Assembly: GCF_024521635.1 (NCBI RefSeq)
Contig: NW_026250410.1
Location: 372,001 to 436,000, forward strand
Direction: 5' to 3'
Source of the DNA: Tricharina praecox
Lineage: Eukaryota
Length of the DNA: 64,000 bases
The stretch's first letter is position 1, and each line of letters opens with the position of its first letter. Positions 1 to 9,721 of this stretch are shown here, in pieces. Made by a program: the position numbers and the translations under genes. The notes under the pieces are model-generated. The model saw only the letters and a list, made by a program, of their open reading frames with translations, was not told where the DNA came from and searched no databases.

Positions 1-376
1 GTTTAGTGCTGGTGGTGGAGGGGGGGATGGGGAGCCTGCGGGGGGCGGGGGGAAGGCGGGGAACAAGGCGGGCGGCGGCTTGGGCATGGTCGATCTTCAT
101 GGCCTATATGTTGCCGAGGCGATCGCGAGGGTCAAGAGGCACCTTGAGAGGTGTGCGGAGGCGGGGGTCGACAGGACTACCATCATTACCGGGCGTGGAC
201 TGCACAGCCAGGGCGGGGTCGCGAGGATCAAGCCCGAGGTCGAGAAGTGGCTGGGGGAGCACGTGGCGCAGTATAGAGTGCTCGCTGGCGCGAATGGAGG
301 CGCGTTTACGGTCGAGCTGATGCAGGAGGAGCAGAAGGGCGTGTTGGGTGGGGTGTGGAAGTTTCTTGGGTGGTAG
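1..376 (+). CDS. Smr/MutS2-domain protein, 3' part (truncated by window edge)
   Basis: Frame is open from base 2 to TAG at 376 and contains Smr hallmarks DLHGLYVAEA, IITGRGLHS and NGGAFTVEL. Confidence 0.85.
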   Translation, partial: FSAGGGGGDGEPAGGGGKAGNKAGGGLGMVDLHGLYVAEAIARVKRHLERCAEAGVDRTTIITGRGLHSQGGVARIKPEVEKWLGEHVAQYRVLAGANGGAFTVELMQEEQKGVLGGVWKFLGW

Positions 377-793
377 GTGGGAGGGAGGGCAGAGGAGGAT
401 CTTTGGGCGTTGGGTTTTGGGTTTTGGGATGCATGCTTTGGATCGGAGTTTGTTTGTGCGCGGATATCTACCGGCGGCGTTTGGGTTTATGTAGCGGCGA
501 TAGTTTGTGTGTTTATGCTTTGGTTGTACCGCCTCTGATGATTACTGTTTGGATCATCTCCCTATGGTGAAGAACTTCATGAATACTTCCAATTGTTGTT
601 TTTTTCTTTGGCCCGTGCGCGATGCATGTCTACACGCTAGCGTGTGTAACATCAGGCAGCTGAAAGCACCGTGGTTTCACAGCAACGCCAGGAACATCAC
701 TTTACACAGCTCAGCTCTACGACAGACAAACAACCCCCACCATTTCCAAACCTGTCGCCCTACCTACACCGTCGCCCTACCTACACCGCACAA

Positions 794-2874
794 ATGCCAC
801 CACCACCCTCGGCGCCGTCGCTCCTTGGAGACAGCGGCACTGTTGCGGCTCCGGTGTCAGCGCCGTCGTCCCGCAAGAAATACCAAACTGCCCCAGCGTC
901 GAACCCCAAGATGGAGGAGTTCCTCAAGAACTGGAGGCAAGATGCGCTGAACAAACATCAGTACGATGCGGCGATCTTCATCGGTGATAAACTCTTGGCA
1001 TTGACTGGTAAGTGCCAGGAAACAAACGTCGTTCGACGCCCGGAGGTGCTGACGTTCGCTAGGTGATCCGAAAGATGCGTTCTGGCTTGCGCAAGTGCAC
1101 TTCAGCACCGGCCACTACAACCGCGCACAAACGTTCCTGACGCGTAACGATCTAATCTCGCGCTCCACGTCGTGTCGCTACCTCGCCGCGCTGTGTTTGA
1201 TCAAGCAATCGAAGTACGACGAGGCGTTGACAATCCTCGGCGAGAAGAACCCGTCGCACCTCACCATCGGCAGCACACCCCAGGCGGCTAAGCGTCGCAG
1301 TGGGAAAGGAAACAGTAAAGACCGCGATGAGTACGGAAATAATATTAAGTTCGAGGCGGCGATGTGTTACCTCCGTGGCCTGGTCTATGCGAAGCAGAAT
1401 GCTTTCGACAAGGCTAAGGATTGCTACAAGCAGGCGGTGTTGATCGATGTTAGATGCTTTGAGGCATTTGACCAGCTGATGAAGAATGCTTTGATGAGTC
1501 CCGACGAGGAGTGGAAGTTCCTTGAGAGCCTCGACTTTCAGTGTTTGAGCAGCGATGGAGACGAGGGACAGGAGGCCCATTTTGTTCGCATGCTTTACAC
1601 TACCCGCTTGAGCAAGTATAAGAACCCGGCGGCTTTCAATGCGGCGACTGAAACGTTGGGCACGAGCTACAACCTAGCGCAGAATGCGGACTTGGTAATC
1701 TCTAAGGCGGAACTGCTTTTCACCCAATGCCGGTTCAAGGAGTGCTTGGGGCTCTGTGAGGGCGTGATTGCGGATGACAACTACAACTTCTCGGTCTACC
1801 CGCTGTACTTGGCATGCCTACACGAGCTCAACATGAAGAATAAGTTGTTTCTTGTTGCTCACGACATGTCCGACAACTACCCCGAGGAACCCGTGACGTG
1901 GCTGGCTGTTGGGATCTACTACCTCACCACCGGTAAGATCGCGGAGGCTCGACGGTTCTTCTCCAAAGCGTCAATGATGGATCCCCACTTTGGACCCGCC
2001 TGGATAGGGTTTGCCCACACGTTTGCTGCCGAGGGTGAGCATGACCAGGCCATATCCGCTTACTCCACCGCCGCTCGGTTGTTCCAGGGCACTCACCTTC
2101 CCCAGTTGTTCTTGGGAATGCAACATCTCCAGCTGAATAACATTACGCTCGCCGACGAGTACCTCAACACCGCCTTTTCGCTCTGCAAGTCGGACCCACT
2201 TTTGCTGAACGAGCTGGGAGTTGTCTTCTACCACAAGGACGCACTTAAGGAGGCAGTCCAGCTGTTCAACAAGGCCCTAACGATTGCCGACGAGATTGAG
2301 TCGAATCCGAAAGCTTGGGTGGCGACCAGAGCAAACCTGGGACACGCGTACAGACGTCTCGAGATGTTCGATGAGGCGCTGGGCTGTTTCTCTGAGGTTA
2401 CGAGGAGCTCGGATAGCAAAGATGCGAATGTTTACAGTGCCATCGGCTTGTGCCATCTGCAGGCTGGTAGACCGTGGGAGGCAACTGTAGCACTTCATGA
2501 GGTGGGCTTTCCTCTCCCTGCCTCCTTTTAGAGCTTCGTAGCTAACGAGGTGAAAATAGGCACTCGCCATGAGCCCGCAGGATCCAGTGGCAACAGAGCT
2601 TCTCGAGAAGGCTCTTCGAGAGAATGCAGACAAGGACAACATTTTCATCTCGACCATGCTCAACTCCGATGGCGAGATCGTAACGCAAGACGACGTAGAG
2701 GTTGATGCCATGATCTACCAACGGCAGTCGTCGAGACGTTCGGGAACACGAGGAGCCGTAACCCAGGCCTCTGCCTCTTCTTCCCGTGCTCAACCACCTG
2801 TCTCTAGAAAGAGACTGGGAGACGTCACACGAGACTTCGGGGGCATGGAGGTTAGTGACGAGGACGGTTTGTAA
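794..2874 (+). CDS. cut9: Anaphase-promoting complex TPR subunit Apc6/Cdc16/Cut9 (3 exons)
   Basis: WRQDALNKHQYDAAIFIGDK and TPR array (AWIGFAHTFAAEGEHDQAISAY). Introns 1008-1062 and 2502-2559 (GT..CTRAC..AG) join the frames. Confidence 0.93.
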
Positions 2875-3859
2875 ACCACTAAACCACTTGATTGATTGAT
2901 TGGAACTGGTTGGGTTGGGTTGGGTGCTGCTGGGACTGGGCTGGGGCTGGGCTGGAGTTTTCTGCTTTGTTCTGTCTGGATTAGCTTTTTCTGCTCTTTT
3001 CTTCTGCATCCTGCATCCTGTAACCCTTTCTTTCTTTCTTTCTTTCTTTCTTGTGCTTTTGTTCGTTCTTGGTAATCGCATGCATCCATTGCATTAGCCT
3101 CACAATGGGATTTTGGAGATGTTCCTTTTCTTCACTTCTGGTTTTTGGTCATGTTTTGAGGCTTTTGGGGCTCTGGGAGTTTAGGTATCTGGTTCTTTGG
3201 GATGTGGAGTGAGGGTTTGTTAGAGTTCCCGCGCTATGGGGGATGCGGGATGTGGGATGGGATGGGGTGGGATGGGTACACGGATGGATGTGGGGAACGA
3301 AGGCACGCATGTGGGGGGGAGCGAAGACGCGGATCCGGACCGATCCTTCGGGTAGGCGGCAAACCGACCTTTTTTGCCGCCATTAGATATGGAATTTTCC
3401 TGGCGGGTTGGGTTGGCCGCGAGACGTGCGCGCTGTGGTGTGCTGGTGGAATCGTTGTGGGCCTGGGCTTTGCTTGCGGGCTTTGCGTCGATGGGGCATT
3501 GGGGTAGAGAATTGGATATTGTTCATGATACCTACCGGATCACAGGGAAATAAGGGACACGGCGAAAACGTAGTACTCGTACCTATCGGCATCCCTAGTC
3601 AATCAGGTTGCCTTTGGGGTGAGGTCGTATTGCACTTGACCATTTTGGCTGCCTCGATGGTTTCTGGCGGAGTGGAGGTGCCCTACGCAGGGCTGGACAA
3701 TCTAACTCGCGATTGGCCTTGCACAGGAATACTCGGCTTCAGCCTCACGGCAGCCCGTCCTCACAGAGTTCCGCAGTTTGGCGTTACTAGTACCGTGGTC
3801 CGCTAATCGGACCCTGTCACACAACCGTGAGCCATCATTGGCCAAGGTCCGCACAGGGT

Positions 3860-3901
3860 GCTTATCCGTCCCTTGGCAGGGCTAGCGCTTGAAATTTTCA
3901 A
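3860..3901. promoter_or_regulatory. GATAAG (PAC-like) plus RRPE-like motif upstream of the DEAD-box helicase
   Basis: GCTTATC at 3860-3866 and TTGAAATTTTCAA at 3889-3901, about 250 bp upstream of the ATG at 4142. Motif resemblance only. Confidence 0.35.
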
Positions 3902-4141
3902 GAAAAAAAGTTCGAATCTTTATCAAAAAGCTCAAAAGCTCGAAGCCAAACCCACCACGGCCACTCAACCCCACCTTCAACCGCCTCACCCTATATCCTC
4001 CCACCACCACCCTCCTCTTCCCTCCTCTCCTTCCTCCCTCCTCCGCCTCAGAGACCGCAATCGCAAATTAAAGGTCTTTTTTCTCCTCCTCCTCCTCCTC
4101 CACGTCTTCTCCCCCTCCTACAGTACATCTTCCCCAGAAGG

Positions 4142-6556
4142 ATGTTTTCGTCCATTCGCAGAACGTCACGGTTCCTCCGCCTGCGTGTCGCTCCCTCGAC
4201 TGTCTTCGTTCCTTCTTCCCTTACTCTTGTTCACCATGCTCCAGCAGCAGCAACATCCAACTTTGTCCGCACAATGGCGTTTGTCCGGGAACCCAGCAGG
4301 CGCAACCTCCCTTCCGTGATGGATATGTCCGAGCACGAGGCGATCCTCGATGACGCTGAGCATGAGGTCGCAACCTCTGAGGCGGGCATCGTCCGATTCC
4401 AGGATTTGGCCGACAAGCAAATCATCGACCCCCGTGTCGTCAAGAACATCACCGACGGTATGCAGTACGATGAGATGACCAAGGTCCAGCGCAGAACCGT
4501 TACCTCGACGGTCAATGGAGACGATGTCCTCGCGCAGGCCAAGACCGGAACTGGAAAGACTATTGCCTTCCTCCTACCAGTATTACAACGATTAATCACC
4601 TCCCCCGAACCCATCCAGCCCAGAAGTACCGATATCCGCGCTATAATCATCTCGCCAACCAGAGAGTTGGCTATCCAGATCCACACCGACGCCCTGAAGC
4701 TGTGCAAGGGAACTGGCATCGTCTGCCAGGCCGCTGTCGGAGGAACCGGAAAGTCTCAGGCCGTTCTGCAGATGCGCCGTGAGGGTTGTCACATTCTGAT
4801 TGCCACCCCTGGACGTCTGAAGGATTTGCTGCAGGACGGGCGCGCCGGTGTGAATACCGACAAGGTTGATACACTTGTGCTTGACGAGGGTGATACTCTG
4901 TTGGACCAAGGATTCGCGGACTCTATCGATGAGATCATTCGGATGCTTCCTCCTGCGGGTTCGCCGGTGCGTCGTGGCGCTGGAAGACAGTCGATGGTCT
5001 TCTCCGCTACTATGCCGCAGAAGGTTCTCGAGATGGTCCGCCGCACGCTCCGCAAGGATTATAAGTTCTTGAAGATGGTTGACAAAGGTGAGACTGCGGT
5101 GCATGACCGTGTCAAGCAGCACCTCATCAAGTGCCGTGGCTTCGAGAACATCTTGCCCTCGCTCTACGAGCTTGTGATGAAGAACCTCGACCTGGCTGAG
5201 AATGACGGAGAGGCTGGCGTTGTTGCTGAGGATTCAGCCGAGGAGAAGGAACCTTTCAAGGCGATTGTCTTCTTCCCCACCACTAAGTTCGCCGCTCTCG
5301 CCGCTGCTACTTTCCGCAACTTCGAGCACAGCGAAGGCGCCCACCCTCTCTACAGGCGCGTGAAGATGACCGAGATCCACTCCCGTCTTTCCCAGAGTCA
5401 GCGCACCAGGGCTGCCGAGAAGTTCAAGAGTGCCAAGAGCGGTATCCTCTTCGCCAGTGATGTCGTTGCCAGAGGAATGGACTTCCCCCACGTCACCCAC
5501 GTCATCCAGGTCTGCGCGCCTTCAAACCAGGAGCAGTACATCCACCGTCTCGGACGTACCGGTCGTGCTGGACGTTCCGGTGTCGGTTACATCATGCTCA
5601 CCGAGTCAGAGCTCGCTGAGAAGAATGTCAGCGCGATCCTCCATGGCATGAAGATGGACGACACACCTCTTGGAACATCCGGTGTCGACTTGCAGACCGA
5701 ACAGCAGCTCAGCAAGTCCGCTCTCGACGCTATCAAGTCGGTGACCGAGGCAAGTCTTAGGACCGACGTCAAGGAGCGTAGTGACGCTTACATGAGTTTG
5801 TTGGGTTACTTCACCGGTGTCCTCGGCGACCGCCAGGCTCTCGTTGACGGCCTCAACCGTTGGTCTTCCCTCGGATGGGGTATGAAGACTCCCCCTCACA
5901 TCTCCCCCATGATGATCAACAAGCTTGGTCTCTCCAAGGTCCGTGGCTTGAACGATGCCTACGTTCCTCGCGAGGAGCGTGAGGATGGTGGCTTCTCGTC
6001 CGGCGGCAGCAGCAGAGGAGGGATGAGTGGTGGCCGTGGCGGTTTCGGTGGTCGTGGTGGAGGACGTGGTGGCAGCTCTTTCGGAGGCCGTGAGCGCAGC
6101 AGCGAGCGTCCCGCTTTCGGTGACCGCCCCGCTTTCGGTGACCGCCCCGCTTTCAAGCCCCGTGGCGACTTCGGTGGCCGTGGCGACAGGCCCAGCTTCG
6201 GTGACCGTGGTGACCGACCTGCGTTCAAGCCCCGTGGCGACTTCGGCGACCGTGGCGACAGACCTAGCTTCGGCGACCGTGGTGACCGTCCCGCCTTCAA
6301 GCCCCGTGGTGACTTCGGTGGCCGTGGTGGTGACAGACCCAGCTTCGGCGACCGTGGCGACAGACCCAGCTTCGGCGACCGTGGCGACAGACCCAGCTTC
6401 GGCGACCGTGGCGACAGGCCTAGCCGTGGAGGCTTCGGTGGTCGTGGTGGCGGCCGTGGTGGCAGCTCTGGAGGCCGCGGCGGTGACAGGAACAGAGCAC
6501 CCTGGATGGGACGTGGCGCTCGCGAGGAGGGCGGTGAGCGGAGACAGCGGTATTAA
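4142..6556 (+). CDS. MSS116: Mss116/CYT-19-like DEAD-box RNA helicase with mitochondrial-type presequence and RGG-rich repetitive tail
   Basis: AKTGTGKT, SPTRELA, ATPGRL, DEGD, SAT, ARGMD and HRLGRTGR motifs. Arg/Ser-rich N-terminus and AYMSLLGYF C-terminal extension typical of this subfamily. Intronless, 804 aa. Confidence 0.8.
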   Translation: MFSSIRRTSRFLRLRVAPSTVFVPSSLTLVHHAPAAATSNFVRTMAFVREPSRRNLPSVMDMSEHEAILDDAEHEVATSEAGIVRFQDLADKQIIDPRVVKNITDGMQYDEMTKVQRRTVTSTVNGDDVLAQAKTGTGKTIAFLLPVLQRLITSPEPIQPRSTDIRAIIISPTRELAIQIHTDALKLCKGTGIVCQAAVGGTGKSQAVLQMRREGCHILIATPGRLKDLLQDGRAGVNTDKVDTLVLDEGDTLLDQGFADSIDEIIRMLPPAGSPVRRGAGRQSMVFSATMPQKVLEMVRRTLRKDYKFLKMVDKGETAVHDRVKQHLIKCRGFENILPSLYELVMKNLDLAENDGEAGVVAEDSAEEKEPFKAIVFFPTTKFAALAAATFRNFEHSEGAHPLYRRVKMTEIHSRLSQSQRTRAAEKFKSAKSGILFASDVVARGMDFPHVTHVIQVCAPSNQEQYIHRLGRTGRAGRSGVGYIMLTESELAEKNVSAILHGMKMDDTPLGTSGVDLQTEQQLSKSALDAIKSVTEASLRTDVKERSDAYMSLLGYFTGVLGDRQALVDGLNRWSSLGWGMKTPPHISPMMINKLGLSKVRGLNDAYVPREEREDGGFSSGGSSRGGMSGGRGGFGGRGGGRGGSSFGGRERSSERPAFGDRPAFGDRPAFKPRGDFGGRGDRPSFGDRGDRPAFKPRGDFGDRGDRPSFGDRGDRPAFKPRGDFGGRGGDRPSFGDRGDRPSFGDRGDRPSFGDRGDRPSRGGFGGRGGGRGGSSGGRGGDRNRAPWMGRGAREEGGERRQRY
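6108..6421 (+). repeat. Coding tandem repeat (FGDRPAF / FGDRGDRPS / KPRGDFG units)
   Basis: Repeated ttcggcgaccgtggcgacagacccagc (27 nt) and related units seen directly. Confidence 0.9.
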
Positions 6557-7397
6557 AAATTTGACGACATCACGATCTTGAATGAGGGCGTCAGATAGGG
6601 GTATGAGTGTTTGGGTGCTGTCTTTCTTCACATTCTTCGTCTTCTTGTACTATTATATGGCATCTGCCATTAGATATGGTGGTTGGTTGGTTGGTTGGGG
6701 TTTGCTTCATCTCGGTTTGTTTTCTTCATGTATTTCCTTTCACTTCGTTACTGCTGCTTAGACGGATGCTGTAAGATATATCTCTGACCCTTCTTCTTTT
6801 TTTGGTCTGCGCTTATGTGTTTTTTATCCCTGGGCTTCATTTCGAGTTTGTTTGGGGGTTGGCTGGCTGGTGACGGAAAAGGACGGGGTTAATGTTTTCA
6901 TAATTCATCATGTAGAAAAGTTTTGCGATTTGTCTGTACTATCATAGAGAAGAGGTAGGGGGAAAGGAAAGGGTGAATGGAGAAGGAAGGATGGGGATGG
7001 ATGTTTCTCTGCTCCATTTGAGGCCTTTTGCGTGAACGTGACAGTATCGGAATGGGATGTTGTGACATTTGTAGGTCCTTGTGGACGAATGACTGGTTTT
7101 CCTGTTGTTTTATCATTCCCATTCGATCGTGTCTGGTCATGGAAACTCATAAATTCGGTCCTGTCACCCTCGGATGAATGGTCTCCAATACGGCCATTGG
7201 GCCATCTGATCGTGGTGTAAGTGATATTTTGTGTTTCACTAGCTTATTTTCACCCCACCATGCCCCTCACGACGTCATGCATATTCATATCCACCACCAC
7301 CACCACCACCTCCAACCACGCTCATCTCCAACCACCACCATCCTTTACCACCAACACCAATCCCACGCCCCTCCAGCCCTCCAGCTCTTCCACCGCC

Positions 7398-7900
7398 ATG
7401 TCGACCTGGTTCCAAAAAACGATCCGCCTGCCCTCGAAGTCTCGGGGCTCCTACCTGGTTACCGACGAGCTCACGGCAGCGCTCCCGGAGATCGGGTCCT
7501 ACAAGATCGGACTGCTGACGCTATTCGTGCAGCACACGTCGTGCGCGCTGTCGCTGAACGAGAACTGGGACTCGGATGTGCGGCTAGACATGAGCGACGC
7601 CATGGACCGCATCGTTGTCGAGGACAAGAACGGCGAGGGGATCTATCGCCATGATGCTGAGGGCAGCGATGATATGCCTGCGCACATCAAGAGCGCGCTG
7701 ATAGGGGCTACCGTAACCGTGCCAATTACGGATGGAAAGTTGGCGCTCGGGACGTGGCAAGGTATGTGCTACGGCTGGGTGGGGGGAGGGGGAAGGGTGG
7801 AGGGCTGACGACGACCAACTTAGGCATCTGGTATATGGAGTTTCGCACGCAGAGGCATACGCGGAAGGTGGTGGCTACTATCCAGGGTGAGAAGCGCTGA
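7398..7900 (+). CDS. UPF0047/YjbQ family protein (2 exons)
   Basis: QHTSCALSLNENWDSDVR, YRHDAEGSDDMPAHIKS and LGTWQGIWYMEFR after removing intron 7762-7823. Confidence 0.92.
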
Positions 7901-8075
7901 GTGGGTGGGGATGTGGATGGAAGTAGGAGAACACGGAATATTGATTGATTCTCCGCCATAAATGAAAACCCTATAGACCCATCATCCCCACACCGTACCG
8001 TACGAAAAGCAAACCCAGAATACCGTACATATCCATAAAAAAAAGCAAGTGGTATAGCAGCCAGCAGCCAGCACC

Positions 8076-8852
8076 TCACAGCTTTGCCTTCCCCTCCCGT
8101 GTCTTCGCCTCCCACTGCCGCCTCCTCCACCAATTCAGCGCGACCATCCACGTACCCAGCAGCACCCCCACAATAGGATTCCCCCAAACCCACCTCCACG
8201 GCCCCACCCTGCCCCTCCTAATCTCCCGCACCACCTGATCAACCTGCAACTTCAACTCCTCAACCGTGCCCTCATTCTGGACGACCCACGCCCTCTCTCC
8301 AAAAACTCCCTTCGCCAGCGCGACCTTCTCCTCGACGCTCCACTGACTTTTCACCCTCTTCCTCGCCTCCTCCTCCGTACTTCCATCCCTCCGCATGAGC
8401 CGTTGGAGCTGACACTCCTCGCCCACGCCGACGACAACAACAGCACCACACACACTCTCCAACCGTGCCTCGAGGAGCAGGGGCACATCCAGCACGACCG
8501 CCCACGCGCCGCTCCACCAGGCCTTTACCACCTCGCGCGCAATCTCCCTGCGCACCAGCGGATGGATAATCCCGTTGAGCACGTGCCGGTCCCGCACGCG
8601 CTCGGGGGAGTCGCCAAATACTCGCTTCCCCAGCACGCCGCGGTTGAGCGGCCCCCCCGCAATGCCCACCAGCCCGGGCGTCGAAGCTGAGAACGCAGAC
8701 AGGATCTGCCGGTATCCGGAGGTACCAGGCTCCACCACGGAGCGCGCGAGAAGGTCTGCGTCGATTATGGGGAGATCGTGCGTCGAAGAGAGGTACGAGG
8801 AGACGGTCGATTTGCCGGTCGCGATCGAGCCGGTGAGGCCGAGGAGGAGCAT
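8076..8852 (-). CDS. CAB5: Dephospho-CoA kinase (CoaE family) with C-terminal hydrophobic segment
   Basis: MLLLGLTGSIATGKSTVS P-loop, IIDADLLAR, VLDVPLLLE, QLQRLMRRD. ATG at 8852. Confidence 0.92.
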   Translation of the reverse strand: MLLLGLTGSIATGKSTVSSYLSSTHDLPIIDADLLARSVVEPGTSGYRQILSAFSASTPGLVGIAGGPLNRGVLGKRVFGDSPERVRDRHVLNGIIHPLVRREIAREVVKAWWSGAWAVVLDVPLLLEARLESVCGAVVVVGVGEECQLQRLMRRDGSTEEEARKRVKSQWSVEEKVALAKGVFGERAWVVQNEGTVEELKLQVDQVVREIRRGRVGPWRWVWGNPIVGVLLGTWMVALNWWRRRQWEAKTREGKAKL

Positions 8853-9721
8853 TTTGTGAGGTGGGGTGAGGTGGGGATGGGCGAGGAGGCAGAGTGGCGG
8901 CGGCGGGGGTGCGAGACGATGGTGATGTGGACGTGGATCGTGGGTAAATATAAGGTATGTATGAGGTATGTGCGTCGCGGGTATCTGCGTGAATGTGCTG
9001 TGCTGTGTTGTGCTGTGCTGTGCTGTTTCACGGAGATAGCTATGCAAACAAACAAGCAGACAAGCGAGTGGCGACACCCGCTGCGATGATGATGATGATG
9101 ATGGGCGCACCCTGTAAGTTGTTCAACCCTAACCTGCCCCGGTGCTCAACCCTCAACCTCGGCCCGAAGTCCGCAGTCCGAATTGAATGGGAAAAAGTGG
9201 TCCCATCTCATCGGGAAAGCAAGCAAGCACGAGTCGTGATCGTCATCGTTAATGGGCAAATGTTAAACGAATACCTGGTAGGTATGTGTGTGTGTGGAGG
9301 GGATGTGGGGGTATGGAGCTGTGGATCCTGTACACAAGCTGGGTGGGGAATGTCTGCATGCATGCCATGCACGTGCATGTCGGCGCCCCCCAGTACATGT
9401 GATACCTGGATATGATATGTACCTGGATACCTGGACTGGCGACGCCATCTCCGATTGGGTGTGGCAATAACATTACCGTCATGAACTCTTCTTTACAGTC
9501 ACAATACGTGACAATACGAGTCAATACGAGTCAATACGAGCCAATACGTTCCATGACAATACCACTGTCACATTACATCCCAGTGCCATCCTAGTGCCAT
9601 CAATCGTATCAATCGTATCATACAGTACAGCAACCACAACAAAAAAAGCTTTATACTCTATTCCAAGGAGGGAAGAAGGAAGAAGAAAACCGAGAGCACA
9701 CAACACAGCACACACTCTACT

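Noticed and set aside
6108..6421. Regularly spaced repeats as a CRISPR-like array
   Set aside because: Eukaryotic context, in-frame coding repeats, and no unique spacers.
5606..6631. 341-aa antisense ORF with VATVAEAGS repeats
   Set aside because: Shadow of the helicase's coding repeat on the opposite strand.
9124..9134. CAACCCTAACC, resembling a telomerase RNA template
   Set aside because: It sits in a gap of under 900 bp upstream of CAB5, too short for a filamentous-fungal TER. More likely a telobox promoter motif or chance.
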